A stretch of DNA of 64,000 nt from an uncultured Eubacteriales bacterium (GTDB taxonomy: Bacteria; Bacillota; Clostridia; Christensenellales; Aristaeellaceae), in assembly GCA_958448555.1 (NCBI GenBank), contig CAUDEL010000005.1, positions 18,404 to 82,403 of the forward strand, written 5' to 3'. The notes under the pieces were generated by a model. It was not told the DNA's origin and made no database searches. It saw nothing but the letters and a program-made list of their open reading frames with translations. Positions 28,531 to 37,841 of this stretch are shown one piece after another; positions within the stretch are counted from its first letter, which is position 1, and each line of letters opens with the position of its first letter. The translations under genes and the position numbers were made by a program.

Positions 28531-29349
28531 TTGAAACCCCGTTTTACCACCGGCGAGCTGGCGCGCCTGACGGGCATCTCCAAACAGACGCTCATATTTT
28601 ACGACCGGGCGGGCGTATTTTCGCCCGGCGAAAAGGACCCGGGCAACGGCTATCGCTACTATGGCGCGGACCAGCTTGAGATGCTGGATCACATCCTCAT
28701 CCTCAAGGACATGGGGCTGAGCCTACGGGAGATCCGCGCCTTTCTGTCCCTGCCAACGCCCGGGGACGCCCTAAACGTCCTCAGGGAGCAGCGGGAGGCG
28801 CTCGCCGCGCGTCAGCGCAGGCTCGCGGGGGCGCTTAAGCGGCTGGACGGAAAAATCGGCGCGCTGGAGGCGCTCTCCGGGGAGGTGCCGGGCGAGGTGC
28901 GCTTTGAGACGCTCGCGGAGGGCTGGGTGGCGGCGGCTCCCGTCGCGTCGCCCGGCGGGACGCTGGAGACGGATGTCGCGCTCAAGACGCTTCTTCGCCT
29001 CTCCCATGAGCGCCAGCTCCCCTACCTCTACCAGATGGGCACGCGGGTAAGCGTGCAGGCCATGGCGGAGGGGCGCTTTACGGAGGTCTGCGAGGTGTTC
29101 TTCCCCCTGCACAGGGCCGTGCGGACGCGCCCCTGCCGCCCACGGCCCGCGGGCCTGTACGCGCGCTGCGTGCATGCCGGCCCCTACAGCCGGACGGGCG
29201 AAACCTACCGCCGCATGCTCGAGGCCATCCGGGAGCGCGGGCTTTCGCCGCGGGACGCCTCCTACGAGACCTGCGTGCTGGACAGCATGACCGCCCGCAG
29301 CGACAGCGAGTATCTTACGCGCATCGACATCCCCGTCACGCGGCGTTAA
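28531..29349 (+). CDS. MerR-family transcriptional regulator with a GyrI-like effector domain
   Basis: A TTG start follows AAGGAGG. The HTH is FTTGELARLTGISKQTLIFYDRAGVFSP...GYRYYGADQL. The C-terminal half is BmrR/GyrI-like. Confidence 0.8.
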   Translation: MKPRFTTGELARLTGISKQTLIFYDRAGVFSPGEKDPGNGYRYYGADQLEMLDHILILKDMGLSLREIRAFLSLPTPGDALNVLREQREALAARQRRLAGALKRLDGKIGALEALSGEVPGEVRFETLAEGWVAAAPVASPGGTLETDVALKTLLRLSHERQLPYLYQMGTRVSVQAMAEGRFTEVCEVFFPLHRAVRTRPCRPRPAGLYARCVHAGPYSRTGETYRRMLEAIRERGLSPRDASYETCVLDSMTARSDSEYLTRIDIPVTRR

Positions 29350-29362
29350 AGGAGAAGGTGCA

Positions 29363-29977
29363 ATGGCAGAGTGGATCATCCGTCCGGAGGTCCCGGAGGA
29401 TTACAATCAGGTGGAAAGCCTGACGCGCGACGCCTTTTGGAACGTGTACCGCCCGGGCTGTCTGGAGCATTATCTCGTGCACCGCCTGCGCGGCTGCAAG
29501 GACCTCGTGGCGCCGCTGGACCTGGTGATGGAGAAGGAGGGGCGGATCATCGGGCACATCATGTACGTGCGCGCCAAGATCCGCATGGACGGCGGCGGGG
29601 TTCTGCCGGTGATGACCTTCGGACCGCTGAGCATCGCGCCGGACATGCAGCGCAAGGGCTATGGAACGGCCCTGCTCACCCATTCACTGGCGCTTGCGCA
29701 GGCACGGGGCGCAAAGGCGGTCTGCATCGAGGGAAACCCGGCCTTCTACGGCAGGTGCGGCTTTGTCTCCGGCGCGTCAAAGGCAGTCCGCTACAACAAC
29801 GAGTCCGAAGAGGTGCCCTATTTTCTGGTCCGGGAGCTCAGGGCCGGATATCTGGACGGCGTTTCCGGGGCCTATCATACGCCTGACTGTTATCGCGTGG
29901 ATGAGGCGCAGGCGGAGGCGTTTGACGCCGCCTTCCCGCCGCGGGAGCGGCTCAGGCTGCCCGGGCAGCTCGTTTGA
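29363..29977 (+). CDS. GNAT-family N-acetyltransferase
   Basis: The acetyl-CoA motif region is LSIAPDMQRKGYGTALLTHSL. The protein is 204 aa and is preceded by AAGGAGAAGG. Confidence 0.75.
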   Translation: MAEWIIRPEVPEDYNQVESLTRDAFWNVYRPGCLEHYLVHRLRGCKDLVAPLDLVMEKEGRIIGHIMYVRAKIRMDGGGVLPVMTFGPLSIAPDMQRKGYGTALLTHSLALAQARGAKAVCIEGNPAFYGRCGFVSGASKAVRYNNESEEVPYFLVRELRAGYLDGVSGAYHTPDCYRVDEAQAEAFDAAFPPRERLRLPGQLV

Positions 29978-30050
29978 GGACCTTTGACGAACGCCAAAGA
30001 ACGTGTTATGCTGATGGCGTCCGCAAGCGCTGAAAAAAGGAGGGCTCATC

Positions 30051-31616
30051 ATGCCGGTTTTTGAAAACGCCCGCTTCATCACCTGCGAGGCCGAGGGCGA
30101 AAGCTTCTCCAAAATGGCGGCAGGCGCCGACGGCCGCATCCTGTGGCTGGGGAACGAGATCCCCGCCGAATACGCCGCCATGCCGCGCGTGGACCTGGGC
30201 GGCGCGGTGGCGGTGCCCGCCTTCGGCGACACGCACATGCACTTTGAGAGCTTTTCGATGTTTGAAAACACCTTCAACATCTCCGACGCCCACAGCTTTG
30301 ACGAGGCGGCCGCCATCGTGCGCGCCTACGCCCAGGCCCATCCGCGGGAAAAGCTCCTCATCGGCTTTGGGACCTGCGGACATCTGGTACGCGAAGGCCG
30401 CCTGCCCTGCCGCGAGGACCTGGACCGCTGGGCCGCGCGGCCGCTCATCATCGTCAAGTACGACGGGCACGCGGCGGTGTGCAACTCCGCCATGATGGCC
30501 TTTTTCAGCCCGAAGGTGACGGGCGACCCGGGCTTCCACGCCGACGGATGGCTGTATCAGAACGCCTTTTACAACGGCGTCAACGAGGTTACGGCCAAGC
30601 TCAGCCCCCTGAGCATCATTGCCGGGCTGAGCAAGGGCGCCGCGGCGCTGACCGCCGCCGGCATTGGGCTGGCGCACGCCGTGGAGGGCGTGGGCTATCC
30701 GCGCGATATGGACGTGGACATGCTGCGGCTGCTGGAAGGCGGCCTGCCGCAGACGTTTCGCATCTTCTTCCAGACCATGGACGTCTCCAAGGTGCTGCGC
30801 CGGCATATGAAGCGCATCGGCGGCTGCTTTGAGCTGGCACTGGATGGCTGCTTTGGCTCCGAGGACGCGGCGCTGCTCACGCCCTACGCGAACAACCCGG
30901 ACAACCGCGGCGTGCTCAACTACACGCAGGAGCAGGTCAACGCCTTCGCCATCGCCGCCAACCGCGCGGGCTTGCAGATCACCATGCACGCCATCGGCGA
31001 CGCGGCGGTGGAGCAGTGCATCACCGCCTACGAGGCGGCGCTTCATGACCTGCCGCGCAAGGATCACCGGCACATCATGATCCATTGCTGCATGGTATCG
31101 CCTTCGCAGCTCGACCGCATCGCGGCGCTGGGGCTGTGCCTGGCGGTGCAGGCGCCCTTCATCGACTGGGCGCAGGAGCCGGACCGCTACCTGCGCGCCA
31201 TCCTGGGCGAGCGCGCCGACGGGCTTAACCCGCTTCGGTCCATGTGGGACCGGGGTATCGTCATCGCCGACGGCTCCGACGCGCCGTGTACCCGCCCCAA
31301 CCCCATCCGCGGCATGCACCTCGCGGTCAACCATCCCAACCCCGCCCAGCGGCTTACGCCCTATGAGGCCCTGCTCATGCGAACGAAAAACGCGGCCTAC
31401 CTCTCCTTTGACGAGGAGGAGCGCGGAACGCTGCGGGCGGGGAAGCGGGCGGACTTTGCGCTGCTGGATGCGGACCCGCTCACCATCCCGCCCCAGAGCA
31501 TCGGGGATCTTCGCGTGACGGGCCTGTATCTGCGCGGGCGGCGCGTTTCCACCAAACCCGCCGGCGTGCCCCGGATGCTCCTGCGGGCGCTGTCGGGCGG
31601 CAGGGGCCGCAAGTGA
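30051..31616 (+). CDS. Amidohydrolase-family metal-dependent hydrolase (YtcJ-like)
   Basis: It contains AFGDTHMHF (HxH), MHAIGD, and GSDAP near the C-terminus. The protein is 521 aa. Confidence 0.8.
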   Translation: MPVFENARFITCEAEGESFSKMAAGADGRILWLGNEIPAEYAAMPRVDLGGAVAVPAFGDTHMHFESFSMFENTFNISDAHSFDEAAAIVRAYAQAHPREKLLIGFGTCGHLVREGRLPCREDLDRWAARPLIIVKYDGHAAVCNSAMMAFFSPKVTGDPGFHADGWLYQNAFYNGVNEVTAKLSPLSIIAGLSKGAAALTAAGIGLAHAVEGVGYPRDMDVDMLRLLEGGLPQTFRIFFQTMDVSKVLRRHMKRIGGCFELALDGCFGSEDAALLTPYANNPDNRGVLNYTQEQVNAFAIAANRAGLQITMHAIGDAAVEQCITAYEAALHDLPRKDHRHIMIHCCMVSPSQLDRIAALGLCLAVQAPFIDWAQEPDRYLRAILGERADGLNPLRSMWDRGIVIADGSDAPCTRPNPIRGMHLAVNHPNPAQRLTPYEALLMRTKNAAYLSFDEEERGTLRAGKRADFALLDADPLTIPPQSIGDLRVTGLYLRGRRVSTKPAGVPRMLLRALSGGRGRK

Positions 31617-31639
31617 CGGACAATGAAGGAGGAACCCCC

Positions 31640-32647
31640 ATGAACCGAACCGCCATTCCGGCCGGCTATGAACCGACCCTTTCCCTCTATGAGACGCAGG
31701 CCGCCATCAGCCTCATCAAACGTACCTTTCAGGATCATCTGGCGCAGGCGCTCAACTTAAAGCGCGTCTCCGCACCCCTGTTCGTCGATCCGGCCTCCGG
31801 CCTCAACGACGACCTCAACGGCGTGGAGCGCCCCGTGGCCTTTGACATTCCGGCTGCGGGCATGGAGGCGCAGGTGGTCCATTCCCTGGCCAAGTGGAAG
31901 CGCATGGCGCTCTATCGCTATGACGTGCATACCGGCAAGGGCATCTATGCGGACATGAACGCCATCCGCCGCGACGAGGAGCTGGACAACCTGCACTCCA
32001 TCTACGTGGACCAGTGGGACTGGGAGCGCGTCATCACCCGCGAGATGCGCACCGAGCGCTTTTTGCAGGACACCGTGCGCGACATCGTGCGCTGCATCAG
32101 CGACACCTCGCTGCTGGTCAACGGCCGCTATCCGCGCCTGCGCACGCAGCTTTCCGACAAGGTGACCTTCATCTCCTCCCAGGAGCTGCTGGACCGCTAC
32201 CCGGACCTTTCGCCCAAGGAGCGCGAAAACGCCTTTGTGCGCGAGCACCCGGTGACGTTCCTGACGGGCATCGGCCACAAGCTCTCCAACGGGCAGCCGC
32301 ACGACGGCCGCGCGCCCGACTATGACGACTGGAACCTCAACGGCGACCTGCTCTATTACAGCCCGCTTCTGGACCAGGCCATCGAGCTCAGCTCCATGGG
32401 CATCCGCGTGGACAGCGAATCCCTGGACCGCCAGCTCACGCTTTCGGGCTGTGACAGCCGCCGCAGCCTGCCCTTCCATCGCATGCTTTTGGACGGGGAA
32501 CTGCCCCTGACCATCGGCGGCGGCATCGGCCAGAGCCGCATGTGCATGCTGATGCTGGGCAAGGCGCACATCGGCGAGGTCCAGTCCTCCATCTGGGACG
32601 CCGGCACGCGCAGCAGGTGCCGCGAGGCGGGAATCACGCTGCTCTAG
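31640..32647 (+). CDS. asnA: Aspartate--ammonia ligase (asparagine synthetase A)
   Basis: The start is ATG 31640 after GAAGGAGG. It contains LSLYETQAAISLIKRTFQDHL...RVSAPLFV, DWERV and GGGIGQSRMCMLML. Confidence 0.9.
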   Translation: MNRTAIPAGYEPTLSLYETQAAISLIKRTFQDHLAQALNLKRVSAPLFVDPASGLNDDLNGVERPVAFDIPAAGMEAQVVHSLAKWKRMALYRYDVHTGKGIYADMNAIRRDEELDNLHSIYVDQWDWERVITREMRTERFLQDTVRDIVRCISDTSLLVNGRYPRLRTQLSDKVTFISSQELLDRYPDLSPKERENAFVREHPVTFLTGIGHKLSNGQPHDGRAPDYDDWNLNGDLLYYSPLLDQAIELSSMGIRVDSESLDRQLTLSGCDSRRSLPFHRMLLDGELPLTIGGGIGQSRMCMLMLGKAHIGEVQSSIWDAGTRSRCREAGITLL

Positions 32648-32671
32648 GCCCGGGGGAAAGGGGGACGCCGC

Positions 32672-33523
32672 ATGGAAAGCATACGATACGACGCCAAGCA
32701 GCCCGTTTTCAGCCGTCAGGGCGTATGGCTGATGTATTGCGGCATTTCGCGCTATGACAGCTCGTGGAGCTCGGTTCTTCACAGCCATGCCCATGCCGAG
32801 CTGTTCTACGTTACGCGCGGAAAAGGGATGCTGCAAATTGTGGATGCGACCCTCCCGCTGCAGACCGGCGACTGCTTTCTGGTCAATCCCTATGTGATGC
32901 ACACCGAGCTGTCCTCCGCTCAGGAGCCGCTGGAGTACATCGTCATCGGGCTCAACCGCGTGGTCTTTCACGGGCCCGAGGAGGGCCATCCGCGCTATGT
33001 CCTGCTGGACGACCGCGCCAACGACCGCGTGCTGCTGCCCTATTTTCAGGACATCCTGCGCGAGTTCAGTTCCGAGCAGGCGGATTATCTGGAGGTGTGC
33101 GCAAGCCTGCTGGACGTGCTGCTGCTCAAGATCGGCCGGCGCACCCGCATGGATGTGTCCAGCGAGGACATGGGCCGCATCTCCAGCGGCTGCGCCGAGG
33201 CCAAGCGGCTGATCGACGAGCATTTCCAGGAGGAAATCACGCTGGACTGGCTGGCTCAGCAGGCCGGAATCAGCAAATATTACCTGTCGCGCACCTTTCA
33301 CACCTATTTCAGCATCTCGCCCATGCAGTACCTCTGCCAGCGGCGCATCCATGAGGCGCGGCACCTCCTGACCACCACCGACCACAGCCAGGACGCCATT
33401 GCGATCCTCTGCGGCTTTTCCTCCCCCAGCTACTTTTCCCAAGCCTTCAAACGCGTGGCGGGACTCAACCCGAGCGAATACCGCCGCCTCCAGCGGGGCG
33501 CCGGGAAAAAGGCGGCGCATTGA
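32672..33523 (+). CDS. AraC-family transcriptional regulator (cupin sensor plus HTH)
   Basis: The cupin region is HSHAHAELFYVTRGKG. The C-terminal AraC HTH pair reads ISKYYLSRTFHTYF...GFSSPSYFSQAFKR. Confidence 0.85.
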   Translation: MESIRYDAKQPVFSRQGVWLMYCGISRYDSSWSSVLHSHAHAELFYVTRGKGMLQIVDATLPLQTGDCFLVNPYVMHTELSSAQEPLEYIVIGLNRVVFHGPEEGHPRYVLLDDRANDRVLLPYFQDILREFSSEQADYLEVCASLLDVLLLKIGRRTRMDVSSEDMGRISSGCAEAKRLIDEHFQEEITLDWLAQQAGISKYYLSRTFHTYFSISPMQYLCQRRIHEARHLLTTTDHSQDAIAILCGFSSPSYFSQAFKRVAGLNPSEYRRLQRGAGKKAAH

Positions 33524-33597
33524 TAAAAAAGGCGGTCCCCCGGTTGCGGGGGACCGCTCAGACTGCTGACAAAGTGCGGGGTGCAGGGGGATCATCA

Positions 33598-33800
33598 GTT
33601 GCTCAATCATTCGCGCTTCCCTGACGGTCGCGCTCATGGTTTCGCTGCCCCGCTGCGGGTCGCGTTGCCACCTTTGATGGCAATAGCCCACAGGGCTGCC
33701 GCTTCCCTCCAGCGCCCAAAGCCTTATGCCGTAGCATTTCTTGCGAGCGTTGTAAGCGCCTAAAGGGCGCAAGAAACGAGGTTCTCTCCAAAATCAGGGC
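33598..33800 (-). repeat. Copy A of a roughly 200-bp intergenic repeat (inverted relative to copy B at 42715-42915)
   Basis: The reverse complement aligns by eye with 42715-42915 through blocks GTTTCTTGCGC, CGCTCGC, GGCATAAGGCTTTGGG, CAGCCCTGTGG, TTGCCA.C...GGTGGCAA, GCGACCCGCAG, AGCGAAAC and GATTGAGC. The boundaries are approximate. Confidence 0.7.
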
Positions 33801-33973
33801 TTTTTATGGTCTGAGACTTGCGCAGCAAGGTTTTCTCACGTCGTCTGCCGCCCGGCGCAGCCGCAGGCGGAGTAAGCGGGTAGCGCAAAAGAGGCAGAGA
33901 AGATTTCCTAAAGCGAGCTTTTTGACACGCTGCGGCCGCTGATTCTGTCGGCCGGTTTTTGCAGCCTTTCACC

Positions 33974-34672
33974 TCAGCTCTGCGCATCCTCCAGCGCGAG
34001 CTTGAGCAGATCCACCTCGACTTTCAGCCGGTCCGCCTCGCGGCGGGCCTCCGCCCATTTGCGGTAGGGCACGGCATCCGTGCTCTCCGCCGGCGCGTCA
34101 GCCGCCCGCTCCAACAGCATGGTCAGCCCCTCCACCATCCGTCGCACGGACGGATCGCCCATGTGCTTTTCCAGCGTCGCCAGGCTGGCGTTTTGACGGC
34201 CGGCAAGGTTGTAGCGGCGGCAGGCCAGGACGTCGTCCGGGCAGGGCAGGCCCTCGGCGCGCAGCTCCTGGGCCACTTCCATGAGCATTTCGGGCCGGTT
34301 TTTCAGAATGGAGCGGTATTTGTTCTGGTAGCGCAGCATGCCGGCACGGTCGCCTCCGGCCAGCCGGGTCACGCAGGCGCGCACGCTCTCGCCCTGTCCC
34401 CGGCCCATCAGCACGTCCCGTAGCAGGCCGTGGAGCTCCTCGGCGGTGAAGGTGCGCAGGGGAGCCTGCTTTGCGGCCAGCTCCGGCACCTCGCGTACCC
34501 GGGCATAGTAAAAATTGCGGATGCTGTTGGGCTTGCGAGAAAGCTGTCCGCCCACTTCGCTGAAGACGTCGCGCAGGGGGCGCCCGTTCTCGGCGGCCTC
34601 CTTCACGGCGGAAAACAGCAAATCGATCTCCTCCTGCTGCCAGCCCCCTCTGGGATGGGTGGTCTGTGTCAT
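33974..34672 (-). CDS. Myb/SANT-like DNA-binding domain protein (RsfA-like)
   Basis: The N-terminus GWQQEEIDLLFSAVKEAAENGRPLRDVFSEVGGQLSRKPNSIRNFYYARVR resembles the RsfA/Myb-like HTH. It has a coiled-coil C-terminus. Confidence 0.45.
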   Translation of the reverse strand: MTQTTHPRGGWQQEEIDLLFSAVKEAAENGRPLRDVFSEVGGQLSRKPNSIRNFYYARVREVPELAAKQAPLRTFTAEELHGLLRDVLMGRGQGESVRACVTRLAGGDRAGMLRYQNKYRSILKNRPEMLMEVAQELRAEGLPCPDDVLACRRYNLAGRQNASLATLEKHMGDPSVRRMVEGLTMLLERAADAPAESTDAVPYRKWAEARREADRLKVEVDLLKLALEDAQS

Positions 34673-34740
34673 GTTTCATCGCCTCCGACGGATATTGGGT
34701 ACACGGCATAGTATGAAAAGGCGGCGTTGGATTTATACGC

Positions 34741-35877
34741 TCAGCGCAGGCGCAGAAGCGTTTCCACGGGGTCAGCCGCGCGCAGGAACGCGTCCAGACA
34801 AAGGCTTTGCCGTTCCTGCACGGTATGGGAAAAAGCGTTCGGCAGCGCCATGCCCTCCCAAAAGCGCTCCACTGCCGCCCGCACAAGCGCATCGGATGGC
34901 TCCGCATGCTGCTGCGCCGGGATCATGCCCGTCTCCGCCGCGCGCGCCTGCCACGCTTCCGCGGCCAGAAAGCGCAGAAAGGCCCGGGCCTCCTCGCTGT
35001 CGCGGCACAGGGCCCCGTAGCGCACCCGGTCGCTCACGGCCGGCATGAGCAAGCACGCCGCCCGTCCCTCCCCGCCGCGCACGGCGGAGAGATGCTCCCC
35101 CAGCGTGCACACGTACGCCTGCGCATCTTCGGACGCCTCCTGCCGGCCCAGTGCCGCCAGTTCGTTTCGGATCTTCGCCGGGCAGAGAAAGAGCAGCTGT
35201 TGTAGGGCGACGCCCTGGGGCAGCGCCAGCGCTCCCGGCTCCAGGAGCCGGCGCCAGGGCAGGTCCTCGGCTGCCAGCCAGCCATCTTCCGTCTCCTGGG
35301 GCGCGGGGCTGGCCAGCCCCGGCAGCGGGGTTTGCGCAGGCGCGGCCAGGGGCGTAGACGAGGTCCATTCCGCGGGAAGGCTGAGCACGTTTGCCTCCAG
35401 CCACAGCGGGACGGCGTAGTCCGTGCCGCCGCTTCTGCCCGAGGCGGCCGTCTCCCCCATGCCCGTCAGGGGAAGGAGCACCTGCTCCGGGATGGTCAGG
35501 CTGCCTGTGGCCAGCAGCGCCACATCCGGAAGCACCGCATCCCCCGCCGTCCATTCCTCCGCCGTCACTGTGCGCAGGAACACCCTTACGCCCGGCTGCT
35601 CCTTTTCAAAGGCCGCGCAGGCTTCTCCAAGGAGCTTGCGGTCGTCCACGCCGCCCGGCATGAGCCAGACCGTGAGCGTGCGCATCCTGGCCGGGCGCAG
35701 CCGCTCATCCATTCGGTTATCGTCCCCGGCGTCCACGGGACCCATCAGCCCCGGCAGAAGGTAGAGAAGCGCCGCCGTCAGCAGCAGCGACAAAAGCAGG
35801 CTTGCCCGCCGTCCCCACACGGCCCTTCCCCCTTTTCCCAAGATCGCCCAAGGATATGCCGTCCGCGCCGCCAACAT
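34741..35877 (-). CDS. Membrane-anchored solute-binding-protein-like protein
   Basis: The start was set at ATG 35877 (MLAARTAYPW...) after GAGGGGGAAGGG. The TM segment is LLLSLLLTAALLYLL. An SBP-like block reads TLTVWLMPGG...FEKEQPGVRVFLRTV. The ORF's upstream 195 codons are antisense to rpiB. Confidence 0.5.
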   Translation of the reverse strand: MLAARTAYPWAILGKGGRAVWGRRASLLLSLLLTAALLYLLPGLMGPVDAGDDNRMDERLRPARMRTLTVWLMPGGVDDRKLLGEACAAFEKEQPGVRVFLRTVTAEEWTAGDAVLPDVALLATGSLTIPEQVLLPLTGMGETAASGRSGGTDYAVPLWLEANVLSLPAEWTSSTPLAAPAQTPLPGLASPAPQETEDGWLAAEDLPWRRLLEPGALALPQGVALQQLLFLCPAKIRNELAALGRQEASEDAQAYVCTLGEHLSAVRGGEGRAACLLMPAVSDRVRYGALCRDSEEARAFLRFLAAEAWQARAAETGMIPAQQHAEPSDALVRAAVERFWEGMALPNAFSHTVQERQSLCLDAFLRAADPVETLLRLR

Positions 35878-35955
35878 GCCCTTCCCCCTCTGGACCTTCC
35901 CGCCCAAACATGCTATACTGAAAAAAACATGATTCCATAAGGAGGCACCCGATTC

Positions 35956-36405
35956 ATGATCGCCATTGCCTGTGACCACGCCGGCATCGACCTCAAGCCG
36001 CACGTCATCGCCGTTTTGGACGAGCTGGGCATCCCCTATAAGGACTTTGGCACCAACAGCCACGAGAGCGTGGACTATCCCATCTATGGCGCGCGCGCCG
36101 CCAACGCCGTAGCCAGCGGCGAGTGCAGCATGGGCATCGTCATGTGCGGCACGGGCGTGGGCATCGGCATGGCCGCGGGCAAGGTGCACGGCATCCGCTG
36201 CGTCACCTGCACCGACACCTACTCCGCCAAGATGAGCCGCCTGCACAACAACGCTAACATGCTGGCCCTGGGCGCGCGCGTGCTGGGCAGCGAGCTGGCC
36301 AAGGACATCGTGCGTATCTGGCTGATGACCGCTTTTGAGGGCGAGCGCCACGCGCGCCGCGTGGGCATGATCGACCGTCTGGACCGGGGCGAGGCGCTGG
36401 AATAA
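35956..36405 (+). CDS. rpiB: Ribose-5-phosphate isomerase B
   Basis: It contains MIAIACDHAGIDLK, the active-site region GIVMCGTGVGIGMAAGK, and NANMLALGARV. The protein is 149 aa. Confidence 0.92.
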   Translation: MIAIACDHAGIDLKPHVIAVLDELGIPYKDFGTNSHESVDYPIYGARAANAVASGECSMGIVMCGTGVGIGMAAGKVHGIRCVTCTDTYSAKMSRLHNNANMLALGARVLGSELAKDIVRIWLMTAFEGERHARRVGMIDRLDRGEALE

Positions 36406-36476
36406 ACCCCGTTTCAGCATGCGTACGGGCGGGTATACAAAAGACCATCCCCCGTCATGCAAGGAGGTCTTTGCCC

Positions 36477-37223
36477 ATGTTCCCCATTCAGCCGTCGCCG
36501 GGAAAGCAGGCCGCGTCCGCGCGTACCGTTTCGTCCGAAACGGCTGTTTTTGTGCTCAGCCACGAGGCGCGGCATGCGCTGCGCCGGCGCTTCGGCCTGG
36601 AGGACAGCCAGTTGGACCATGCGCTTGGGCTTCTGGGCGCCGAGCGTGTGGAGGGCCCGGAGGGACCCGTCGAGCAGGAGGCCGCCGAGCTGATAACCCG
36701 TCTGCGCGAAGGCCGTCTGCCGTGGTTCATCCATGCCTGTCCGCGCTGGCGCCGCGACGTATTGCGACGCATGCCGTCGCTACAGCCCTGCTTCTCCCTG
36801 CCCAGGCCCGTCCCCTGCGTCGCGGTGGTGAGCTGCGCGGCGCGCAAGGCCGACTTCGCGGGCGAGGGCTGGGCAGGCGCGCTGACCGTCCGGGAGGCTG
36901 CCCTTGGGCTGATGAAAAACGGCATGCGGCCCGTCCGGGATGCATGCCGTCCGTCCGGCGGCCCCGCCTGGCTGGAGCGCGTGATCCAGCGCGCCCATCG
37001 CCTTGCGGGCGAAAGCGGCGCCTCCCTCCCGTCCTTTTCCCCCGCCGGGGAATTCGCGGGCGTGGAGACGGCGCGCTTTACCCTGCTGGGCCGGGAGCTG
37101 CGGGCCGCCCGCGTGCGCGGCGCCGCCGAAATGGAGCGTCTTCTCAGGCTTTTCACCCCTCAGGGGCTCCCCTGGGAATTGATCGAGGTGCTTGTCTGTG
37201 CAGGCGGGTGCGAGCGAGGCTGA
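36477..37223 (+). CDS. Short protein with an [FeFe]-hydrogenase H-cluster-domain-like motif set (Fe_hyd_lg_C-like)
   Basis: ATG 36477 lies 9 nt after AAGGAGG, and the frame has GC-rich third positions. Three motifs occur in order: FIHACPRW (compare TSCCPxW), VVSCAARKADF (compare MPCxxKxxE) and IEVLVCAGGCERG* (compare EVMACxGGCxxGG). Confidence 0.45.
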   Translation: MFPIQPSPGKQAASARTVSSETAVFVLSHEARHALRRRFGLEDSQLDHALGLLGAERVEGPEGPVEQEAAELITRLREGRLPWFIHACPRWRRDVLRRMPSLQPCFSLPRPVPCVAVVSCAARKADFAGEGWAGALTVREAALGLMKNGMRPVRDACRPSGGPAWLERVIQRAHRLAGESGASLPSFSPAGEFAGVETARFTLLGRELRAARVRGAAEMERLLRLFTPQGLPWELIEVLVCAGGCERG

Positions 37224-37355
37224 TTTCAGCCCGGCGTGCCCGCTTTTTTTGTCCAAAAGGAAAACCTGCGCCGTCTTTTTTTCGTCTTAGCATATGGAGG
37301 GGGTTCCAGCGCACGAAGAAGGAACGATCCCCTTCCCTACGAAAGGAGCGATCGT

Positions 37356-37841
37356 GTGGATGCCGTGACGTTTCAAACGGAAGCCATGCGGTATGAGCGG
37401 CTCATGTATCACGTCGGCTACTCCATCCTGCACAGCGATCAGGACTGCGCCGACGCCGTGCAGGAAGCGCTCATGCGCGCATGGCAGAAGCGGGACACGC
37501 TGCGCAGCCAGGCCCGCTTTCGCCAGTGGCTGATGAAAATTCTGGTCAACACCTGCCGGGACATGCTTCGCCAGCGCCAGAAGGTCGTCTGCATGCCGCT
37601 GGAGGAGGACACCCTGCCTGCGCAGCCGCCTGCCGAACCCCTGCCGCTGAGGGAATGTATCGACCTGCTCAAGCCGGAATGGCGCATCACCGTGCTTTTG
37701 TACTATCTTGAAGGCTTTTCCGTGGCTGAAATTGCCGATTCGCTGGGTTTGCCTCAGGGCACCGTCAAGACGCGCTTGATGAAGGCGCGCGCCCGCCTGA
37801 GCACCCTGCTCCGCGAGGACTGGGAGGAGGGAGAGCAATGA
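37356..37841 (+). CDS. ECF-type sigma-70 family RNA polymerase sigma factor
   Basis: GTG 37356 lies 7 nt after AAAGGAG. Region 2 reads DCADAVQEALMRAWQK. Region 4 reads LLYYLEGFSVAEIADSLGLPQGTVKTRLMKARARL. Confidence 0.85.
   Translation: MDAVTFQTEAMRYERLMYHVGYSILHSDQDCADAVQEALMRAWQKRDTLRSQARFRQWLMKILVNTCRDMLRQRQKVVCMPLEEDTLPAQPPAEPLPLRECIDLLKPEWRITVLLYYLEGFSVAEIADSLGLPQGTVKTRLMKARARLSTLLREDWEEGEQ

Noticed and set aside
31757-33772. 671-aa minus-strand ORF
   Set aside because: It is antisense to asnA and the AraC-family gene, both of which have strong motifs. It has low-complexity A/G/L/V/H composition.
34741-36462. 573-aa version of the minus-strand ORF
   Set aside because: The upstream 195 codons are antisense to rpiB. 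An internal ATG at 35877 with a G-rich RBS, followed by a TM helix, is the credible start.
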